NCBI GenBank assembly: GCA_022709925.1
Contig: JAKLHX010000001.1
Location: forward strand, 1 to 33,158
Origin: Candidatus Margulisiibacteriota bacterium
GTDB taxonomy: Bacteria > Margulisbacteria > WOR-1 > JAKLHX01
Length of the DNA: 33,158 nucleotides
Reading direction: 5' to 3'
In this document: positions 27,235-33,158 of the stretch, in pieces
How positions within the stretch are numbered: the first letter of the stretch is position 1
Layout: each line of letters starts with the position of its first letter
Notes under the pieces: generated by a model
Databases searched by the model: none
What the model was told of the DNA's origin: nothing
Seen by the model: the letters and a program-made list of their open reading frames with translations, nothing else
Position numbers and translations under genes: made by a program

Positions 27235-29652
27235 ATGAAATACGGACATTTTTCAAACGACGGGAAAGAATACATAATAACGGAACCGAACACCCCGAGG
27301 CCATGGGGGAATTATCTGACCAACGAAAAATATTGTGCGGTGATATCCCAGACAGCAGGCGGCTACAGTTTTTTTAAAGACTCGAAGACCGAGCGGATGC
27401 TGTATTGGATAGGACAGAACCTTCACCAGGGCCGCCCCGGAAGATACGTTTTTATACAGGATGAAGAGAGCAAGAAAGCTTTCAGCGCTTCCTGGGAGCC
27501 GATAAGAGCCAAATATGACGATTTTGAATGCAGAGTGGGTTTCGGATATCAAATAATAAAAACGAAAGCCAACGGAGTAGAGGCTGAGACGACATATTTT
27601 GTGCCTACGGACGAGCCGTGCGAAATATGGAAAGTGAAAATAAAGAACACTTCCAAAAAAGTAAAGAAACTCAACATATTCGGTTATCTTGAATGGTTCA
27701 TCGGAAGTGCCGATTACATGACCTTTTATAATATCGCCATCCTTTGGAATAGGGTGCATTTCGACAAAAAAGCCTCCGCAATATTCGCGAAAAAAACGGC
27801 GTTCTACGAAGAGTTCAACATCAAGAACAATCCGTATGTGCTTTTCTTTTCTTCAAGCGAAAAGATCGCCGGATGGGACTGCCACAAGGAGAACTTTCTG
27901 GGAAGAGGCAATACCTGCCAGTATCCGGAAGGCGTGTACAACGGTAAATGCACCCAGAGCATATGCGACGGGGAAGAGCCGGTAGCGGTCCTCCAGAACA
28001 AGATATCCCTTAAACCGGGAGAAGAGAAAGAAATAATATTCATACTCGGGCAGACAGTAGGACAGAAAGATGCCGAGCGGATAATCGAGAGGTTCAAGAA
28101 TAAAAAAGAGGTCGAGAAAGCTTATGAGCAGGTAAAGCTCTATTGGGCCGGACTTACGGCTCCCGTAAAAGTTGAGACGCCCGACAAAGATTTTGACAAC
28201 ATAATGAACAACTGGATAAAGTACCAGCTCTATATGTGCAATATGTGGAGCAGGTCGCCTTCTTTTTATCACGAAGGCCAGGGCGGAAGAGGACTTCGCG
28301 ATTCATGTCAGGACAGCGAATCGATCGCTTCTATAAACAGCGAATACGCAAAAGCCAAAATGCTGAAAGTGGCGTCCCTTACAAGGCGCGACGGGACGAT
28401 AGCTCCCGGTTGGTCCGATACGTACGGGCCTTACGCGAACAGGCCGTTCAAAGACCATCCTACATGGCTTACTCCTTCTATCGCAGCCTATGTCAGAGAG
28501 ACCGGGGACAAAGACGTGCTGCTTCAGGCGGTTCCCTGGCTCAAGGATAGATGGCGCGAAGGCGGAACAAAGATGGACATAGACTGGAAAGGCGGAGCGG
28601 TGGAAGACGGAGAGGGGACTTTGTTCGACCATCTTTTGGCACAACTTAATTTTACTTACAGCGATGTAAGCGTCCACGGGCTTCCGAGGGTAGGGGAAGC
28701 CGATTGGAACGACGCTCTTGATATGGCCGGAAGGAAACAGATCGGAGAAAGCGTCTGGCTCGCGATAGCGCTTGTCAGGTCTTTGAAGGACCTGGCGGAG
28801 CTCGCAGTGATCATTGGGAAAGACGATATCAAAAAAGACCTTCTTGAAAAAGCAAGGGTCATGACAAAGAGGATAAACGAGAGCGGATGGGACGGCGCAT
28901 GGTATCTTGCAGGATACAACGACGACATGGTCCCGTTCGGTTCGTCAAAGAACAAAGAAGGGAAGATGTTCCTCAATTCCCAGTCTTGGGCGGTGCTTGC
29001 CGACCTCGTCCCGCAGGACAGATTGCCGGTCATGCTTTCCTCGATAGAAAAGAACCTGTCCGGTCCGCACGGGATGGCGCTCCTTGCCCCCGCATACACT
29101 GTTTTTGATCCGGGACTCGGACGTATCGCAATGTTCTCCCAGGGAACAAAAGAGAATGCCGCAGTCTTCTGCCACGCGCAGACATTTATGATCGCGGCCT
29201 ACGCAAAGCTCGGTATGGGAAATACCGCATACAGAGAGATGTGCAAAATAATGCCCAACAAACAAAAAGATATCGAGCTGTATAAGGCGGAACCCTATGC
29301 TTACGCGGAATATCTTATAGGCCCCGACCATCCGTACGCTTACGGAGAAGGCGCGTATACCTGGCTGACAGGTACCGCAGGATGGACATTTATGGTGGCC
29401 ACGGAGTGGATACTCGGCGCCAGGAGGGAATTTGAAGGGCTTAGAATAGACCCGTGCATCCCTTCAAAGTGGAAAAAATGCAAGATAACAAGGCCTTTCA
29501 GAGGCGCGGTCTATGAAATAGAGATAGAGAACCCTAAGGGCGTGGAACATGGAGTTTTGTCTGTTGAGGTAGACGGCACGAGGATACAGGGGAACCTTAT
29601 AAAACCTTATCATGACGGGAAGACGCACAAAGTAAAAGTGTTGATGGGGTAA
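27235..29652 (+). CDS. GH94-family disaccharide phosphorylase (cellobiose/cellodextrin/chitobiose phosphorylase type)
   Basis: 805 aa. The N-terminus MKYGHFSNDGKEYIITEPNTPRPWGNYL and the overall length are typical of cellobiose/chitobiose phosphorylases. Substrate cannot be assigned by eye. Confidence 0.8.
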   Translation: MKYGHFSNDGKEYIITEPNTPRPWGNYLTNEKYCAVISQTAGGYSFFKDSKTERMLYWIGQNLHQGRPGRYVFIQDEESKKAFSASWEPIRAKYDDFECRVGFGYQIIKTKANGVEAETTYFVPTDEPCEIWKVKIKNTSKKVKKLNIFGYLEWFIGSADYMTFYNIAILWNRVHFDKKASAIFAKKTAFYEEFNIKNNPYVLFFSSSEKIAGWDCHKENFLGRGNTCQYPEGVYNGKCTQSICDGEEPVAVLQNKISLKPGEEKEIIFILGQTVGQKDAERIIERFKNKKEVEKAYEQVKLYWAGLTAPVKVETPDKDFDNIMNNWIKYQLYMCNMWSRSPSFYHEGQGGRGLRDSCQDSESIASINSEYAKAKMLKVASLTRRDGTIAPGWSDTYGPYANRPFKDHPTWLTPSIAAYVRETGDKDVLLQAVPWLKDRWREGGTKMDIDWKGGAVEDGEGTLFDHLLAQLNFTYSDVSVHGLPRVGEADWNDALDMAGRKQIGESVWLAIALVRSLKDLAELAVIIGKDDIKKDLLEKARVMTKRINESGWDGAWYLAGYNDDMVPFGSSKNKEGKMFLNSQSWAVLADLVPQDRLPVMLSSIEKNLSGPHGMALLAPAYTVFDPGLGRIAMFSQGTKENAAVFCHAQTFMIAAYAKLGMGNTAYREMCKIMPNKQKDIELYKAEPYAYAEYLIGPDHPYAYGEGAYTWLTGTAGWTFMVATEWILGARREFEGLRIDPCIPSKWKKCKITRPFRGAVYEIEIENPKGVEHGVLSVEVDGTRIQGNLIKPYHDGKTHKVKVLMG

Positions 29653-29716
29653 GAAAAATATATTGCAATTAGCGGACTTGTGTTATAGAATTGTGGGCGA
29701 TCTGTAAGGGAGACAA

Positions 29717-30916
29717 ATGAAAGCTTCCCGACCGATGTTAAAAAAAGTTTTGTGGTCGTTCATGCTGGTGGCAGGACTTGCTGTCCTGTTCTACGGATGC
29801 GGAATAAATCCTCCGGTCGTTACGGCCATTACTGTCACTCCTGAAGGAGATGTCGTTGTCGGAGGGACCGTTGCACTTTCCTGCGAAGCATCAACTCAAT
29901 CCACCGTCGGGCTCACTTATGAATGGTCCTGCGACGGGGGAGTATTGGCTTCCGGAGGAAAAAATGCTTCGTGGACGGCTCCGGACACTCCCGGGACTTA
30001 CGCGATAACCGTAAGGGTCACAGATAACGCAGGGAATTCAACTACATCGGTGGTATACATAAGAGCGATCGCGTCACAGCTGGCGATAGTATCCATAAAT
30101 GTTTCTCCCGCAAGCACAATAAGTTTAGAATCATACGCAACAATATCCTGCGATGCGACAACCCCAACGGGAAATACTATAACATTCAGATGGACTGATG
30201 ACCCTAACGGCGGGCATCTTTCCAGCACTACAGGTAATCCTGTTACATGGACAGCTCCATCTACCGCGGGAACGTATACGGTGAATGTGGAAGCGAATGA
30301 TACGAAAACAACAGTATCTTCCAGTGTTTCAATAGATGTTAAGAGTCCTCCGATAATAACGGCTCTAGTTGCCAACCCTTCAGAGGTTACATCCGGAGGG
30401 TCTTCCAGTTTGGAATGCATAGCATATGACCCGACTGGAGGAGCGATCATATATGACTGGTCTTGTTCCGGAGGATCGATATCTGCTGCCTCTTCTTCCG
30501 GGAATTTGGCAACATGGAGGCCTCCATCAGGAGCCTCAAGCGGGACCATATATACGATTTATGTGACAGTATCTACTTTGTCCAGAGCGTTGTCTTCGAC
30601 AAAGACAGCTAGTATAAACTTTACTTCACCAGGGAATCCTATAATCACTACCGTGACAGGATTGCCGTCTACTGTTGCTGCCGGTTCTGGAGCTCAATCT
30701 GTCTCTTGTACAGTCAGCAATATAAGCAATGAGTATATTATAAAATGGACTTGTTCAGGAGGAACCATAACCGATGATTCAAGTTTAAGCACCTTCTGGA
30801 CTCCTCCGACATCGGTCACGGAAAGAACTACTTATACGGTAACATTAACAATAACAGATACCACGGATTTTTCTATAACGAGCTCCAAAACATTCTCTGT
30901 TATTGTAACTCCGTAG
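29717..30916 (+). CDS. Surface lipoprotein with four tandem ~90-aa Ig-like/PKD-like repeats
   Basis: 399 aa with lipobox LFYGC. Four repeats each follow the pattern ...(L/I/V)(S/E)C.A......(Y/F/I).W(S/T)C.GG.......A.WT(A/P)P...GTY.(I/V).V. Confidence 0.6.
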   Translation: MKASRPMLKKVLWSFMLVAGLAVLFYGCGINPPVVTAITVTPEGDVVVGGTVALSCEASTQSTVGLTYEWSCDGGVLASGGKNASWTAPDTPGTYAITVRVTDNAGNSTTSVVYIRAIASQLAIVSINVSPASTISLESYATISCDATTPTGNTITFRWTDDPNGGHLSSTTGNPVTWTAPSTAGTYTVNVEANDTKTTVSSSVSIDVKSPPIITALVANPSEVTSGGSSSLECIAYDPTGGAIIYDWSCSGGSISAASSSGNLATWRPPSGASSGTIYTIYVTVSTLSRALSSTKTASINFTSPGNPIITTVTGLPSTVAAGSGAQSVSCTVSNISNEYIIKWTCSGGTITDDSSLSTFWTPPTSVTERTTYTVTLTITDTTDFSITSSKTFSVIVTP

Positions 30917-30951
30917 TTTTGACACCGATGATATAATTAACGATTAGAGAA

Positions 30952-31563
30952 ATGCGTCGTTATATTTCAGCAATATCTATCTTTGTATTTTCATTCATTA
31001 TTCCGTTCGCTCTTTACGGGTGCGGGAATAATAAAGATTCGATAAATGTATATTCCGTAGTTTCCGATCCTACCATAAATCCATCAAGCGGGACATATAC
31101 AACGGCGCAATCCGTGTCCCTCGCGACAGGGACGACCGGCGCAGATATTTTCTACACTACCGACGGGACCGATCCGGACCAGAACTCTACAAAATACATA
31201 AGACCGATAACCGTAAGCACTTCGGAGAGCATAAGGGCTAAGGCTTTTATGGCTCCCAAAATACCGAGCGGGATATCTAGCGCGTCTTATATAATAACCG
31301 GCACTGTCTATACGCCGACATTCGAGCCGGGCGCGGGGACATACACGACCACTCAGGAAGTCACGATATCCTGTTCAATGGAAGGCATCACGAAAATAAC
31401 CTATACTACGAACGGGAGCGAGCCGCTCAATTCGTCGACAACCTATACGGGACCCCTGACCATATCTTCAAGGACCACCTTAAAGGCCCGGGCGTTCAGG
31501 ACCGACTGGGCCGACAGCGCGGTATATTCCGGGACTTATATAATAACTTTTGAGGCTCCCTGA
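30952..31563 (+). CDS. Lipoprotein with two chitobiase/hexosaminidase-C-like (CHB_HEX_C-type) repeats
   Basis: 203 aa with lipobox ALYGC. The two repeats are P..GTYT..Q.V.......(A/T).I.YTT(D/N)G(T/S)(D/E)P...ST.Y..P(I/L)T(V/I)S....(I/L)(R/K)A(K/R)AF. Confidence 0.6.
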   Translation: MRRYISAISIFVFSFIIPFALYGCGNNKDSINVYSVVSDPTINPSSGTYTTAQSVSLATGTTGADIFYTTDGTDPDQNSTKYIRPITVSTSESIRAKAFMAPKIPSGISSASYIITGTVYTPTFEPGAGTYTTTQEVTISCSMEGITKITYTTNGSEPLNSSTTYTGPLTISSRTTLKARAFRTDWADSAVYSGTYIITFEAP

Positions 31564-32147
31564 TGAATATACGGAAAAACATAATTAAAAGAACGGTCCT
31601 AATATCGATACTTTTTCTCACATGCATAGATCCCTCACTGGCTTATGTTCCTGTGAATGCAGGTTCTCCACTAGGATTTGAAATGGATTGCGGGGTCTAC
31701 CGCATTAATTACACGCACGCGTCATCATCGAACAGCGTTTCCGGGTCCGCGCTGTCGCCGGACCCTACTTTCGGAGCGGGGGTCTATCTCACGCAGCTGC
31801 TCCCTCTGCCGCAACACCTCCCTTTCGCCGTCTCAGCGCAGGCCGGATATCATTACAATTTCCCTACGGGGGGGCTTGCGACCTCTTATTCTTACGCGAA
31901 CCTATTCCTTAACAGCGAGATATCTTTTGACATGGAATTTACCGTTGGCGCGGGGGTGAATTACTCCAGCTGGAACCGCGATATAAACGGAGGCATAGGC
32001 GGACAGATATTTTGCGGGGTGCAAAGCTCTTTGGATTCATATATAGGCGTGAAATACCTTATACTGTCTGGATCGAACACTTCCTACGGGTACAACAACT
32101 CATACAGCCTTTCAGAGATGGCTTTTGAAGTGAGGCATAATTTCTGA
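31563..32147 (+). CDS. Small outer-membrane beta-barrel protein
   Basis: 194 aa with a signal peptide ending SLA-Y, alternating hydrophobic strands rich in G/Y/S/N, and a C-terminal beta-signal AFEVRHNF. Its ATG overlaps the upstream stop (TGATG). Confidence 0.55.
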   Translation: MNIRKNIIKRTVLISILFLTCIDPSLAYVPVNAGSPLGFEMDCGVYRINYTHASSSNSVSGSALSPDPTFGAGVYLTQLLPLPQHLPFAVSAQAGYHYNFPTGGLATSYSYANLFLNSEISFDMEFTVGAGVNYSSWNRDINGGIGGQIFCGVQSSLDSYIGVKYLILSGSNTSYGYNNSYSLSEMAFEVRHNF

Positions 32148-32232
32148 CCCCGCTTTTTTATAGGCTCGTACATTTGGTATAATTATGGAAGGGAAAGCCC
32201 TTAATAAACCCTGAAAGAATTTCTATAAACTG

Positions 32233-33158
32233 ATGTTCCCATTTGGCGTTACTTTTTATCCTGACCAGTGGCCGCAGGATTACTGGGAGACCGCATTCTC
32301 GCAGATCGCAGAGAGCGGTTTCAATATCGTGCGTTTCGGCGAGATGGCGTGGAACTGGATAGAGCCTAAAGAAGGAGAGTTCAGGTTCGAAGAACTGGAC
32401 AGAGCGCTAGATCTTGCCAATAAATACGGCCTTAAAGTGCTTCTCGGCATCCCTACTTCAATGGTCCCGACATGGCTCATCAGAAAATATCCGCAGGTGC
32501 GCCCTGTTTCTAACGAAGGCACGCTTTATCCGGAATACGGTCCGAGGCCCAATGTCTGCAGGGACAGCAAATTATTCAGGAAATTCGCCGAAAAGATAAT
32601 CCGCAAACTTGCAGAGAGATACAAAGACCATCCCGCGGTGATGTTCTGGCAGATAGACAACGAACCCGTGTACCCTCCGCTTGACTCAACGACCAACATG
32701 GATTTTTGCCACTGTGAAGAAACAAGGAAAGATTTTATCAGCTGGGCGAAGAAAAAATACGGTTCTCTTGAAGAGATAAACAGGGCCTGGGGTGCAAAGT
32801 TCTGGACGAACGAGTTCGGAGAGCTGGACGATATCACAACCCCTAAAGCCGGGGTGTGGGATGCCGGCAACCCGCATATTTTTGTCGATTGGTTCAGGTT
32901 CAAGACGGACTCACTCCACGATTTCCTTATGTGGGAAAAATCTATAGTGAGGGAATACGACAAGAATAAAAAAATAGGGACTAACGGGTTCCTCGGCATA
33001 TGCCAGAGAGTCCCGGAGCACAAGATAATGGCCGACGGTCTCGACTGGTACGGCTGGGACGTCAAGGACCTCATGGGCAAGGCGGTGACCCTCGAAATCG
33101 TCGACAACCACTCGGGCGGTTGGGGACACATCAACATCGACCAGATCTTCCAGTCCGA
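32233..33158 (+). CDS. GH42-like beta-galactosidase, N-terminal part. The ORF runs off the 3' window edge and its last ~42 codons are compositionally foreign.
   Basis: It is not in the ORF track because there is no in-window stop. My hand translation is MFPFGVTFYPDQWPQDYWETAFSQIAESGFNIVRFGEMAWNWIEPKEGEFRFEELD...AVMFWQIDNEP..., which is a GH42 TIM-barrel N-terminal pattern. An in-frame TGA at 32212 bounds the start. Confidence 0.7.
   Translation, partial: MFPFGVTFYPDQWPQDYWETAFSQIAESGFNIVRFGEMAWNWIEPKEGEFRFEELDRALDLANKYGLKVLLGIPTSMVPTWLIRKYPQVRPVSNEGTLYPEYGPRPNVCRDSKLFRKFAEKIIRKLAERYKDHPAVMFWQIDNEPVYPPLDSTTNMDFCHCEETRKDFISWAKKKYGSLEEINRAWGAKFWTNEFGELDDITTPKAGVWDAGNPHIFVDWFRFKTDSLHDFLMWEKSIVREYDKNKKIGTNGFLGICQRVPEHKIMADGLDWYGWDVKDLMGKAVTLEIVDNHSGGWGHINIDQIFQS

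Overview
This 33-kb window is gene-dense and looks like the chromosome of an uncultured, anaerobic, diderm bacterium. The evidence for that is ATA/AAA-rich codon usage, lipobox lipoproteins, a beta-barrel protein ending in F, ferredoxin/flavodoxin genes and B12-dependent ribonucleotide reductases (RNRs). The lineage cannot be assigned from the sequence alone. I found no rRNA, tRNA, CRISPR array, transposase or integrase. All product calls come from motifs I recognise by eye, not from searches.

Gene content in order:
- an HExxH protein that is open at the 5' window edge
- nth translationally coupled to a standalone LigD 3'-phosphoesterase module
- a PPC/DUF296 protein and a flavodoxin
- Rrf2 regulator-cysK-thiS-thiF
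- a minus-strand RNR supercluster: ferredoxin (missed by the ORF track), a YruB-like glutaredoxin, nrdJ paralog 2, nrdR, nrdJ paralog 1 with a Cys-rich tail, a structured GC-rich element, and a cob(I)alamin adenosyltransferase
- enolase plus a histidine phosphatase
- an EF-Tu-domain-II-like small protein and an MFS transporter
- two tiny membrane proteins
- an AMP-ligase/ACP/PlsC-type acyltransferase trio
- nadE, a PflX-like radical SAM protein, pfkA and a DUF1805 protein
- ccdA-tlpA
- a 460-nt non-coding gap
- an orphan sugar-binding lipoprotein, glmS and a GH94 phosphorylase
- a three-gene surface module (Ig-repeat lipoprotein, CHB_HEX_C-repeat lipoprotein, small OM barrel)
- a 3'-open GH42-like gene

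The items most worth follow-up are:
- the self-contained RNR supercluster with two differently tailed NrdJ paralogs
- the cysK-thiS-thiF sulfur-carrier context
- the nth/LigD-PE coupling
- the split Aas-like lipid module
- the surface module
- a 27-nt hairpin repeat present twice, once inside the nth coding end
- a nested inverted-repeat element between nrdJ and cobO
- several apparently leaderless genes
- an abrupt composition and domain break in the last ~130 nt
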